The notes beneath the pieces are model-generated. The model was not told the DNA's origin. It saw nothing but the letters and a program-made list of their open reading frames with translations, and did not search any database. A stretch of DNA of 30,178 nucleotides from a virus, in the UHGV virus genome UHGV-0037346; one strand, given 5' to 3'. Within the stretch, counting starts at the first letter, position 1, and every line of letters starts with the position of its first letter. This document shows positions 1 to 8,890 of the stretch, piece by piece. The translations under genes and the position numbers were made by a program.

Positions 1-49
1 CCATTTTAGTTAATTTATCCTTATAAAACAAACAGATAAAATAAAAACA

Positions 50-1213
50 TCACTCATCATCTTCTGTTTCGTACTCCACATCAGAAAGCCTGACCTCAAG
101 CTCTAAGGACGTCGTGAAGCCGCTATTATTCAGAAAATGTGTCACCTTAGTGATTGTCCAGTCCTGCTCGTCTATGACGCGCTTAAAGCCAGACACTCTG
201 GCTGGCGTTTCCGTGTAAATATCTGCCCGACCGGTAGCCAGGCTGATGGAGAACTCCGCCACGCCCCGTTGCAGCTTATCCCACTTCGCCTGAGCGGCGC
301 GCATGGCCTGCGCTTTTGTGGCATATACCGTGGTCAGGACAAAAACGTTGTCAGCTTCACCGGCCATGTATTCACCTTCGCGCGCCTCCGGTACTTTTGG
401 CGCTTTCTTCTGCCGGACCGGTTTAGCTTTCGGGTGCTCCAGTGCGCGCAGGTGTTTCTCTTTCTTTTTGCGTTTCAGTTTTACCTTCTGCTTTTGTGGC
501 TTCGGGTCTTTGGTGTGTAACCACTTTGCCGTTACGCCGGTGTAGGCTCCACGGTCAGCAATCGCAAAATGATGACGGTCGCCGTCGCTGCGGGTGATGG
601 TAATCTGCGGGATTTTTTTACCGCTGGCCGTCACCCCCTGCCCCGCTTTGAGAAACAACAGTTTTCCCATTTTTACCGACACCTCACCGCCGTTGCGTTC
701 TGCAAGGCGGGTCAGGAATTTTGCATCAGACTCCTGCGACTGGTCGATGTGCGGGATTTTAATTCCGGCCAGTGACGGAGCGACACTGGCTTCCAGCCTG
801 TTACGGGAGGCTATCACCTCAACAATCGCACCGAGCGTGGTGTCATGCCATGAGCCTTCACGGCGGGAATTGAGCGTCCCGCGAAAATCTGCACTCCGGG
901 CGCGGATGGTGACCACATCCGGCGCGCCCCGGTGTTCAACCTCATCAACGGTGAATTTCCCTTTGCATACCAGGGCAAAACCTTTCCAGCCGATATACAC
1001 CGTCAGGACAGCGCCACGAACCGGCAGCCCGACCTGCCCGTCAGCATCGTTCAGTTCAATATCAAGCTGGTCAGCCTCAAAGCCCCGGTTATCCGTCAGG
1101 GTCATGCTCATCAGACGGTCGCTGATATTGCCGGTAATATCCCTGCTGTCGAGCATCAGCATGTAATCCGGCGTCAGCGTACTGCCTGCATCAAATGTCC
1201 GCGCATCCAGCAT
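50..1213 (-). CDS. D: Tail protein D (P2 gpD family)
   Basis: 387-aa ORF, ATG at 1213; last gene of tail operon after U; size and position match P2 gpD. Confidence 0.85.
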   Translation of the reverse strand: MLDARTFDAGSTLTPDYMLMLDSRDITGNISDRLMSMTLTDNRGFEADQLDIELNDADGQVGLPVRGAVLTVYIGWKGFALVCKGKFTVDEVEHRGAPDVVTIRARSADFRGTLNSRREGSWHDTTLGAIVEVIASRNRLEASVAPSLAGIKIPHIDQSQESDAKFLTRLAERNGGEVSVKMGKLLFLKAGQGVTASGKKIPQITITRSDGDRHHFAIADRGAYTGVTAKWLHTKDPKPQKQKVKLKRKKKEKHLRALEHPKAKPVRQKKAPKVPEAREGEYMAGEADNVFVLTTVYATKAQAMRAAQAKWDKLQRGVAEFSISLATGRADIYTETPARVSGFKRVIDEQDWTITKVTHFLNNSGFTTSLELEVRLSDVEYETEDDE

Positions 1214-1692
1214 TATTCCGCCCCCGTCATACCCGTGAATTTAGCCGCCATACTGCCAGCCTTACCGATGAGCGATTCCGCCTGTTTACCGATATCGCCA
1301 TAAAGCGCGGCCAGTGATTCATCAACACGGGTGAGCGACAGCGTAAAATCAATTTTCCGGGGTGTGCCGTCTGCAAAGAAAATACTCCCTGTTTCACTCA
1401 CCCTGCTGATGACATACATGCCGTAAATCATGCCTGTGCCATCCAGCAACGGCCACGCCCGGCCTTCCTCTGCCATCAGTCTGAGCGTGGTCATCGTCAG
1501 CTTGCCGCCGGTCAGTTCGGGATAAAGCACACCGGCAAGCGTCATGTTTTCCTCACCAACGCCGAGAAACTGGTAGGCATCCCGTTTACCGATACGGGAA
1601 TTTGACGGCCAGCGATAATCTGATTCACGCTGCATGGTCTGGTGTGGCAGCGTCTGGCGCATAAAAACAAACATACCTAACGCGAGCATCAT
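1213..1692 (-). CDS. U: Tail protein U (P2 gpU family)
   Basis: 159-aa ORF between tape measure and D; tandem ATG start at 1692/1689. Confidence 0.8.
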   Translation of the reverse strand: MMLALGMFVFMRQTLPHQTMQRESDYRWPSNSRIGKRDAYQFLGVGEENMTLAGVLYPELTGGKLTMTTLRLMAEEGRAWPLLDGTGMIYGMYVISRVSETGSIFFADGTPRKIDFTLSLTRVDESLAALYGDIGKQAESLIGKAGSMAAKFTGMTGAE

Positions 1693-1706
1693 TTTTCGTC
1701 ACCTCC

Positions 1707-4154
1707 TTAACCGTCATGCATCATGCTGGCACGGGCGCGCGCACGTTTATCCCGCTCGTATTTTTCGAGCGCATCCTGTAACTGGCGGTCAAGCTGTGTC
1801 CCCGGTGCAGTACCACCCGTCAGGCTGATGTGATATTCGTTTTTACTCTGGTCCACATAAGAGCGGCCAGCCGGTGCCGTGACCGGCTGATAAGCCTGAT
1901 AACCTGCATAAGAGCTGGTCGCCGGAATATAACCACCGCTGCCATACGTGGCGGCTTGAGTTCTGGCGGCGGTCTGGTCAAGTGTGTCTGACTCTTTGTT
2001 GATAACACCGAGTTTTTCCAGTACCCAGTCAATACCACTGCGCAGTTTGTTGAACGCATTAAGCGGCAGCATCAGCGCGTCAGCCAGTGCCTGCCCGAAC
2101 ATGACGCCCGTGTCACGGCAACGGTTCAGGGTGTCCTGGGTAGCTTTGACCGGGGCAATCAGGTTTTTAAACCACTGCCACGCGGCCTGTAACTTTTCAC
2201 CCAGCCAGTCAAACACCGGCTTAAGTGGCGTGAACAGTTCCCCCACAGGCGCAAATGCTGCTTTCAGCCCTTCAACCACACCGCCAAAGAATGCGCTGAC
2301 AGGCTCCCAGTATTTACGGATAAGCAACGCCCCGGCGACAATGGTGGCCACCACGGCCACAACCGGCCAGCTAATCGCCCCGATGGCGGTCATAACAGCA
2401 CTGCCAACCGTCGTGAAGACTGCCCCCATTGCGCCTGCTGCCGCGATGATGGCATTAATGCCGGTGATAACCGGCCAGGCTACAAGACCAATTGCACCGA
2501 TGATGCCAGTAAGCGCCAGTGCACCACCGACAATAAGGCCGATGGTTGACGCCAGTGATTTGTTTTTCTGGATCCAGCCGTCGAGTTTTAACACATACTT
2601 TGTGGCCGTCTGCGTGAGCTTACGCAGTGCGCCTTCCTGCTGGTCAAACAGGTCAGTCCCCACCGCCTCATAAGCGGACTGAAACTCCTTAAAGTCACCG
2701 CCGAGGTTGTCCTGCATGATATTTACCAGCTCTGCGGTCTTTCCGTCTGAGGCTTTAAACGCAGCGGTCAGTTTGTCCAGCTTTCCGGTTGAGGCGGCAG
2801 TCATCAGCACGGCGGCGGCTGAACTGGCCTCCTCCCCGAAAATGGTTTTCATGTATTCAGCCTGCTGGGCAGTACCGAGCCGGTTTTTCTCAAAGCTGGC
2901 CTGCATTTCTTTCAGAATGGTAAATACTGGTCGGGTGTTTCCCTTACTGTCTGAGGTTTTCACGCCAAGCTCTTTCAGTGCATCCCATGCTTTTCCCGTC
3001 GGTGCCTGCAGGCGGCTTAACACGGCACGGCTTCCCGTCCCCGCCATTGAACCGGTAATTTTTGCATCATGCAGCGCCCCGACCATTGCGGCGGTTTCTT
3101 CAATGCTGACACCGGCATTTTTTGCCACAGGTGCGGCATAGGTCAGCGCATCGCTCATGCCGTCAAAATCGGCGGCGGTTTTGTTCATCGTCATGGAGAG
3201 AACATCCCCGATATGAGCGACCTTATCGTTTGAAAGCTGAAAGGCGGATTTCATCCCCATCAGCAGGGCGGCATTTTCTTCCATCGTGCGACGGTTCGCC
3301 AGCGCCATATTCAGCGTGACCGGCGTTGCCGCCTGAATGGCATCAACATCCCCACCGGCTTTCGCAATAATAATCTGCGCACCGGCCGCATCATCCGCCG
3401 AGGCGGCGGTATTGTCGCCGAGCTGGCGCGCCTGTTTGCGTAATGCGGCCATTTCGGCGGAGTCTTTTGCCACACCGAGCACAGCCTGCAATTCTGAGTT
3501 TTTCTGCGCAAACTCATAACCGGGCATCAGCAGCTTAACTCCGGCCATCGTTCCCGCCGCCGCAATCCCCACACCGGCAGCGCCCACTGAGGCCATATTT
3601 CCGGCCAGTTCCTTTCCGGCCTGATAACGCTGTTTGACTGCGTTAAGTTTTGCCTGTTGCGCACTGACACGCGCCAGCGCGTCGCGCTGACGGTTAAGCT
3701 GTGCGGTGGTTTCACTGATACGGTTTTTCAGTCCCTGCTCATCATGTGCAAGATTGCGGGTATTAATTCCCACAGCGGCCAGTTCCCGCTGCTGGCGTTT
3801 AACGGAATCCGTCAGGCGGTTATATTTCGCCTGTAAGTCCTCCGCCGCTCGCTTTGCGGATTCCAGCACTTTCGCCTGAGCACGGGTCGGACGTTCGGTG
3901 TTTTTAAACTGTGTGGCAAGGGCTTCGGCTTCCTGCCGTGCCTTTTCAAGTGCATGACCAGTCACGGCGAGTTGCGCACTGGTCTTGCGAAATCCCTCAA
4001 TACGGGATGCGTGACCGTTCAGCTCGCGCAGTGATTTTTGTGTTTCCCGGATATCCCCCGACAGCGACTTGCTCGCTGTGCGGATGGATTTAAACGGGCG
4101 GGATGCCTGGTCAACAGCCCTGAGCAATACCTGTAATTTTACATTGTTACTCAT
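1707..4154 (-). CDS. T: Tail tape measure protein (P2 gpT family)
   Basis: 815-aa ORF; coiled-coil N-terminal region, Ala/Gly-rich transmembrane-like middle segments typical of tape measure proteins; ATG at 4154 overlaps E' stop. Confidence 0.9.
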   Translation of the reverse strand: MSNNVKLQVLLRAVDQASRPFKSIRTASKSLSGDIRETQKSLRELNGHASRIEGFRKTSAQLAVTGHALEKARQEAEALATQFKNTERPTRAQAKVLESAKRAAEDLQAKYNRLTDSVKRQQRELAAVGINTRNLAHDEQGLKNRISETTAQLNRQRDALARVSAQQAKLNAVKQRYQAGKELAGNMASVGAAGVGIAAAGTMAGVKLLMPGYEFAQKNSELQAVLGVAKDSAEMAALRKQARQLGDNTAASADDAAGAQIIIAKAGGDVDAIQAATPVTLNMALANRRTMEENAALLMGMKSAFQLSNDKVAHIGDVLSMTMNKTAADFDGMSDALTYAAPVAKNAGVSIEETAAMVGALHDAKITGSMAGTGSRAVLSRLQAPTGKAWDALKELGVKTSDSKGNTRPVFTILKEMQASFEKNRLGTAQQAEYMKTIFGEEASSAAAVLMTAASTGKLDKLTAAFKASDGKTAELVNIMQDNLGGDFKEFQSAYEAVGTDLFDQQEGALRKLTQTATKYVLKLDGWIQKNKSLASTIGLIVGGALALTGIIGAIGLVAWPVITGINAIIAAAGAMGAVFTTVGSAVMTAIGAISWPVVAVVATIVAGALLIRKYWEPVSAFFGGVVEGLKAAFAPVGELFTPLKPVFDWLGEKLQAAWQWFKNLIAPVKATQDTLNRCRDTGVMFGQALADALMLPLNAFNKLRSGIDWVLEKLGVINKESDTLDQTAARTQAATYGSGGYIPATSSYAGYQAYQPVTAPAGRSYVDQSKNEYHISLTGGTAPGTQLDRQLQDALEKYERDKRARARASMMHDG

Positions 4155-4574
4155 TCGTGTTTCCGCTTCGCCGGAGCGCCTTTTCGCGCCATGTGATGAG
4201 TTCGGTCAGGCTCATGGGATACAGTTCTGATGGCGGCCAGTGAAATATCACTGCCACATCCGCCATCAGGTCATCGACCGAGAGATTTTTCGGAAACGTC
4301 ACTGCACCGAGTTCGGCGACAAAAAACCGACCACCTTACCGGCCAGCGCCACAAGGTCAGGCAGTTCCAGCGCGGCGACTTCCTGCTCGGTCAGCATCGG
4401 TGCCGTCATGCGCGGCAGCACTTTAATCAGTGCATCGACTTCGGAGTTCGCGACTGCAGCCAGACTGACACCGCGCAGCGTCCCGGCACTGGGTTTCATC
4501 AGCGTGACCTGTTCGATAACCTGCTCACCACGTTTGACCGGATTGTCCAGGGTAATGACGTTTTCTTTGTTCAT
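4147..4574 (-). CDS. Tail assembly chaperone E+E' (programmed -1 frameshift product)
   Basis: Manual translation: E frame reads GTC GGT TTT TTG TCG ... TGA (stop 4301-4299); -1 frame from the T TTT TTG heptamer stays open for ~58 codons (…FFVAELGAVTFPKNL…LITWREKALRRSGNTNE) and stops at TAA 4149-4147, overlapping the T start ATG (4154-4152). Confidence 0.75.
4299..4574 (-). CDS. E: Tail assembly chaperone E (P2 gpE family)
   Basis: 91-aa ORF immediately upstream of T; ends ...GFLSPNSVQ; contains slippery site near 3' end. Confidence 0.85.
   Translation of the reverse strand: MNKENVITLDNPVKRGEQVIEQVTLMKPSAGTLRGVSLAAVANSEVDALIKVLPRMTAPMLTEQEVAALELPDLVALAGKVVGFLSPNSVQ
4320..4326 (-). other. Slippery heptamer T TTT TTG for E/E+E' -1 translational frameshift
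   Basis: Minus-strand sequence GGT TTT TTG in the E frame; X XXY YYZ-type motif in the same position as the P2 E/E' frameshift. Confidence 0.7.
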
Positions 4575-4630
4575 GGTTTTCTCACTTCTGAATCGGGGTT
4601 AACCGGTCAGCCAGGCTGACCGGATGAAAA

Positions 4631-5149
4631 TCACAGGCCGATATTGCGGCGGTGTTGCTCCAGCCGGTCGACGCCGTTCACCTTCTCAATCATGTTGATG
4701 GTGTCGATTTCGACCAGCTCCTTACCGTCCATCGTCAGCCGGAAATAGGTGCAGACCACGGAGATTCTCGACTCGGTGTCTTCTCCCTGTTTGCCCTCGC
4801 CGGTGTCGATTTCTTTCTGACGTCCACGCATGACCACTTCGACGGCCACCGTTTCGCCGGTATCGTCGCGCTGGTAAGAGCCTGCAAAACGAATCGGCAC
4901 GGCATCCACACCGGTTGCGGCGTAAAGCTCCCAGATAACCGAATCCGGGAAGCCACCGAGCGACCACTCCATTGACAGCGCATCGTCATCAAGGCCGAGG
5001 TCTACCGGTGCGCTGCCGTTCATCCCCGCACCGCGATAGTTTTCGAGCTTACGGGTCAGTTTTGGCAGCGTGACGGACTTTGCAACGCCCTGATAGCTGT
5101 AGCCGTTCAGAAAGACGTTCATTAACTTGAGTTTGCGCGGCATTGCCAT
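4631..5149 (-). CDS. FII: Tail tube protein FII
   Basis: 172-aa ORF, ATG at 5149, directly downstream of sheath gene; size matches P2 gpFII. Confidence 0.88.
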   Translation of the reverse strand: MAMPRKLKLMNVFLNGYSYQGVAKSVTLPKLTRKLENYRGAGMNGSAPVDLGLDDDALSMEWSLGGFPDSVIWELYAATGVDAVPIRFAGSYQRDDTGETVAVEVVMRGRQKEIDTGEGKQGEDTESRISVVCTYFRLTMDGKELVEIDTINMIEKVNGVDRLEQHRRNIGL

Positions 5150-5161
5150 CGGTCAGGCTCC

Positions 5162-6352
5162 TTAATTGCTGTTAACCGAGGTGACCAGATTTGCCAGGTA
5201 TTTATCGGTAATACGCTGGCGCAGGGTCAGGTTTTCAAGAGGAGGCACCGGGGTATAGTCGTAGTCGATATACAGTTTTCCGGCCTTGAGGGTTTCCGCA
5301 TCGTTGGATTCTTCGCTGAACCAGCAGGTCGCATCCACGATATAGCCGTTTGTTTTCAGCTCACGGAATTTGGCATTGATGCCGTCAACGATGTCGCGAA
5401 TCAGCGTGGCGGTGATGGGCTTGTCCACCGCCCACATGTGCGCCTCAGCCATCGTGTCGGCCAGCACCTGCGCGGTGCGGGTGTAGTTTTCAAAGAGGAA
5501 CAGCGGGTCATCAGAGCAGGTACGGTTACCCCAGAAGCGGAAACCGTCACGGCGAATCAGCGTAGTGACGCCTGACTCGTTAAGCAGGTCAGCATCGGTG
5601 CCGGACTCCTGCAAATCCCAGAATACAGAGGCGCTGATGCCGGTAACACCGTTTACCCCGACGTTGGACAGCGTTTTATGCCAGCCCTGCTCCTGGTCGA
5701 TTTTAGCGCGCAGACCCAGCGCACGGGCGGTGGCATACGCGGTGGCGGTGGTACTGGTGACCGTATCCCATGCGAGGAAATCCGGCCAGATGACCATCAG
5801 CTCACGCTGGCTGAAATTCTGGCGGTAGGCTTTCACCTCGGAAATGGTTTTACAGCCCCATGCGCTGATATACCCGAAAGCGCGCAGCTTCTGACAGACG
5901 GATGCCAGTGCAACAGCCACCTCTTTGGTATCCAGTCCCGGCACACCGAGAATACGCGGTTTAACACCGGTTACCGACTCCGCCGCCAGCAGGGCTTTCA
6001 GTCCGGTGTACTGACCGTTTTCGTCAGTGGTGCCGATGATATTGGAAACGGTCTGCGCGAGTTTCGTTTCTTCGTCGTCGCCGGTTCCGTCTTCCACGCG
6101 CACGACAACGGTGACCGGTTTTGACTGGTCAGCGATGGCCTGCAACGATGCCGCCAGCGTGCCTTTTTTACCGGCCTTTGCAATCGCGCTCTGCACATTG
6201 GTGATCAGCACCGGTTTATTGACGGGGAAGGTTTCCGCATCCGCATCGCTGGCCGTGCAGACCATGCCAACAATGGCGGTGGATACGGTGGAAATGACGC
6301 GGGTGCCGTCGTTAATCTCCAGCACCTGCACGCCGTGATGATAGTCACTCAT
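5162..6352 (-). CDS. FI: Contractile tail sheath protein FI
   Basis: 396-aa ORF, ATG at 6352 preceded by GGAG; size and position match P2 gpFI. Confidence 0.9.
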   Translation of the reverse strand: MSDYHHGVQVLEINDGTRVISTVSTAIVGMVCTASDADAETFPVNKPVLITNVQSAIAKAGKKGTLAASLQAIADQSKPVTVVVRVEDGTGDDEETKLAQTVSNIIGTTDENGQYTGLKALLAAESVTGVKPRILGVPGLDTKEVAVALASVCQKLRAFGYISAWGCKTISEVKAYRQNFSQRELMVIWPDFLAWDTVTSTTATAYATARALGLRAKIDQEQGWHKTLSNVGVNGVTGISASVFWDLQESGTDADLLNESGVTTLIRRDGFRFWGNRTCSDDPLFLFENYTRTAQVLADTMAEAHMWAVDKPITATLIRDIVDGINAKFRELKTNGYIVDATCWFSEESNDAETLKAGKLYIDYDYTPVPPLENLTLRQRITDKYLANLVTSVNSN

Positions 6353-6411
6353 CCGTTTAACTCCGTGGTTAATGGGTGAGTGTTATTTTCAGTTGTGCCG
6401 GAGATGTCAGG

Positions 6412-7005
6412 CTATTTGTCCCGGTTGGTTAAGGGATGACACAATTTATTCTTTGTCGCTGATGAGGGGAATTTTTTATAGAGCGTGGACAGGCCAATAT
6501 CAAAAATCAGCGCCACACGTTGACGAGATTCCCCCGCAGCCAGCAACCGTCCGACCTGCTCCCACTCACTCGCGGTGAGTTTCGGACGTCTGCCACCAAT
6601 ACGACCTTTGGCTCTGGCCGCTTCCAGTCCGGCGCGTGTCCGCTCGACAATGAGTTCTCGTTCCATTTCAGCCAGGGCACCCATCACATGGAAGAAAAAA
6701 CGCCCCATCGGCGTGCTGGTATCAATAGCATCCGTCAGGCTGCGAAAATTAATGCCGCGTTCGCGCAGTTCCTCAACCAGAATGACCAGATGCCGCATAC
6801 TACGCCCCAGCCTGTCCAGCTTCCAGACAACCAGAGTGTCACCTTCCGATAATGTTCTGAGCAGTTTTTTCAGTCCCGGTCGGTCGGACTTAGTGCCGCT
6901 GATTTTATCCTCAAAAATCAGCTCACATCCTGCGCACTCCAGCGCGTTACGCTGCAATTCCGTGTTCTGGTCATTTGTTGACACGCGTACATAGCCAATA
7001 AGCAT
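6412..7005 (-). CDS. Serine recombinase, DNA invertase (Gin/Pin/Cin/Hin family)
   Basis: N-terminus MLIGYVRVSTNDQNTELQRNAL with catalytic Ser motif, resolvase core ...VVWKLDRLGRSM..., C-terminal HTH ...ALIFDIGLSTLYKK; second in-frame ATG (7005) gives the canonical invertase N-terminus; ORF track start is 7011. Confidence 0.9.
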   Translation of the reverse strand: MLIGYVRVSTNDQNTELQRNALECAGCELIFEDKISGTKSDRPGLKKLLRTLSEGDTLVVWKLDRLGRSMRHLVILVEELRERGINFRSLTDAIDTSTPMGRFFFHVMGALAEMERELIVERTRAGLEAARAKGRIGGRRPKLTASEWEQVGRLLAAGESRQRVALIFDIGLSTLYKKFPSSATKNKLCHPLTNRDK

Positions 7006-7224
7006 GAGCATCCCCCTGAATAAAAACCGGAGATGATGCCAGTTGCCCGTTATCTCTGCATTTTCTTAAACGTTGCTTTAAGATGGGCGTGGTCACCACC
7101 ACATCATCAAAGTGGAACGCGCTGGGAGCGTACCGCTGCAGAATGGGGCATCTCATTAAGCAGTTGATTACTTCCATTGCGAGTGATTCAATAGATATTG
7201 AAAATTCACCCGAAGAGAAAGAAA

Positions 7225-8370
7225 ATGCAAGGAAATAGAATTGACTTTGTCAATACTTTGAGAGGATTTGCAGCATTAGCCGTTGTTATTGCTCACTATA
7301 CTGGTAATTTTTGGTCAATGCGAACAGCAGTAGCAAGTCTTACAAATGCTCCTGAATTACCATCTGAAACATATGCTTGGCCTAGTTATCTTGTATGGCT
7401 CCATGCCTTCCCTTTGTTTAACTGGGGGGCTTTCGGCGTTGCTATATTTTTCATCATTAGCGGGTTTGTCATTCCACTCTCGCTACAAAAAATAACATTT
7501 CACGGTTTTTTATTAAGCAGAATCATTAGAATAATACCAACATATATTATTGGTTTTACTATAACGCTTACAGCCATATTGATAAGCAGTAAATATTTTT
7601 CAGTGGAATGGCCATTTAATAACAAAGAAATATTGATTCACTACATCCCTGGAATCAGAGACTTGTTGTACTCCAGGAGCATTGATGGAATCATTTGGAC
7701 ACTGGAGATAGAAATGAAGTTTTATCTCATTTGCGCTATATTAATAGCAGTATTTCGCAAGCACTCCATAAAAGTTTTCATTACCCCGCTTATTCTTTTT
7801 TTGTTTGCTCTCTATATTAACAAGGTTGCTCCTGAATGGATTAACTCCAATATATCAGCATTCCATCTTGCCATGGCATACATGTTTTTTTCTCAGTATA
7901 TTATTTATATGTTTATCGGAACCATGTTTTATTATATGTATTGTGGTTATATAAATGCCAACAAGGCTTATCTTGGAATCGGCATATTATTTACTTTATT
8001 CTGCATTCTTTGGTGGGCTGGTCCATATTCAGCCAGTATAAATGTCGCCTGGAGCTATGCATTTGCGCTTTTGGTCTTTGCTTTTGCTTATGCTCACCCA
8101 AAATTATTTAAATCCAATAGGTTTTTTGATTTTTTTGCCAACATAAGCTATCCGCTATATATTATCCACGGGGTAGCTGGGTATGTCGCCCTTCGAATTT
8201 TACTTGAAATGGGGTTTAAAGCATGGGTATCTCTCTTAATTGTGACTTTTTCCATTATATTTTCGTCATGGTTAATACACATCTTGATTGAATCCCCTTC
8301 TCAGAGAGCAGGCAAGCGCCTCGTAGCTAAACGAGGTAGGCCATTAAAAAAAACAGCGCAACCAACCTAA
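7225..8370 (+). CDS. Acyltransferase family 3 integral membrane protein (Oac/OafA-like; putative O-antigen acetyltransferase)
   Basis: N-terminal motif NRIDFVNTLRGFAALAVVIAHY typical of acyltransferase_3; ~10 hydrophobic segments; strongly AT-rich and rare-codon-biased compared with flanking phage genes; ATG at 7225 (ORF track start 7198 is TTG). Confidence 0.8.
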   Translation: MQGNRIDFVNTLRGFAALAVVIAHYTGNFWSMRTAVASLTNAPELPSETYAWPSYLVWLHAFPLFNWGAFGVAIFFIISGFVIPLSLQKITFHGFLLSRIIRIIPTYIIGFTITLTAILISSKYFSVEWPFNNKEILIHYIPGIRDLLYSRSIDGIIWTLEIEMKFYLICAILIAVFRKHSIKVFITPLILFLFALYINKVAPEWINSNISAFHLAMAYMFFSQYIIYMFIGTMFYYMYCGYINANKAYLGIGILFTLFCILWWAGPYSASINVAWSYAFALLVFAFAYAHPKLFKSNRFFDFFANISYPLYIIHGVAGYVALRILLEMGFKAWVSLLIVTFSIIFSSWLIHILIESPSQRAGKRLVAKRGRPLKKTAQPT

Positions 8371-8410
8371 TAGATCTTATCAAGTAAAGGCAGCTGCTCT
8401 TATTATACAA

Positions 8411-8437
8411 GAGGTGCACTTTCTTCGAGTGCACCTC
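8411..8437. terminator. Candidate bidirectional hairpin between convergent acyltransferase and tfa genes
   Basis: Perfect 9-bp inverted repeat GAGGTGCAC-(9 nt)-GTGCACCTC in the 127-bp convergent intergenic region; flanking U-tracts are weak. Confidence 0.4.
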
Positions 8438-8497
8438 CTCTGAAAAACAACTTTATAAAATTATTTTCATCGCCATATTATTCATTAATCACCCATC

Positions 8498-8890
8498 TTA
8501 CGGAATAATAGGCCAGCTAATCTCTGCATCAGTGTTAGCGTCAATCCTGCTCAGCAGCACACGGTATTGTTTCCACAGAGGCAACGTGGCGGATTCTGCA
8601 TCTGTAGCCATACCCAGATCGACGGCATCCTGTAGCACACCAATTTGCTGCGTTGCTTCATTCATCAGCGAATTTTTCATAGCGAAGTTATTGGTAATTC
8701 GCAGTTGTTTTGCTGCTGCTAATTCTTCATCGGTCGGAGTTGGCGCACTAAAAACGCCATTGACGTAATGCCAACCGATACCCATACCTTCAGTAGAGAG
8801 AATGGCGCTGGCTGATTCAGGCCATTCTGACTTGCCATCCCAGATAACAATATTTTCTACGATGCCATTTTTGATAATTGCATAGTTCAT
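8498..8890 (-). CDS. Tail fibre assembly protein (P2 gpG-like Tfa)
   Basis: 130-aa ORF directly downstream of tail fibre; C-terminal ...LPLWKQYRVLLSRIDANTDAEISWPIIP resembles the conserved Tfa C-terminus. Confidence 0.8.
   Translation of the reverse strand: MNYAIIKNGIVENIVIWDGKSEWPESASAILSTEGMGIGWHYVNGVFSAPTPTDEELAAAKQLRITNNFAMKNSLMNEATQQIGVLQDAVDLGMATDAESATLPLWKQYRVLLSRIDANTDAEISWPIIP

Noticed and set aside
594-1303. Plus-strand ORFs (190 and 123 aa) overlapping gene D
   Set aside because: Antisense shadow ORFs within a conserved tail gene; no start context and no recognisable domains.
1984-3141. Plus-strand ORFs of 229 and 144 aa (1984-2673, 2707-3141) inside the tape measure gene
   Set aside because: Antisense to an 815-aa conserved gene; Ser/Ala/Pro-rich low-complexity translations typical of shadow ORFs in GC-rich coding DNA.
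4230-4619. Two plus-strand ORFs (129 and 120 aa) over gene E
   Set aside because: Opposite strand to E/E+E', whose frameshift structure accounts for the region.
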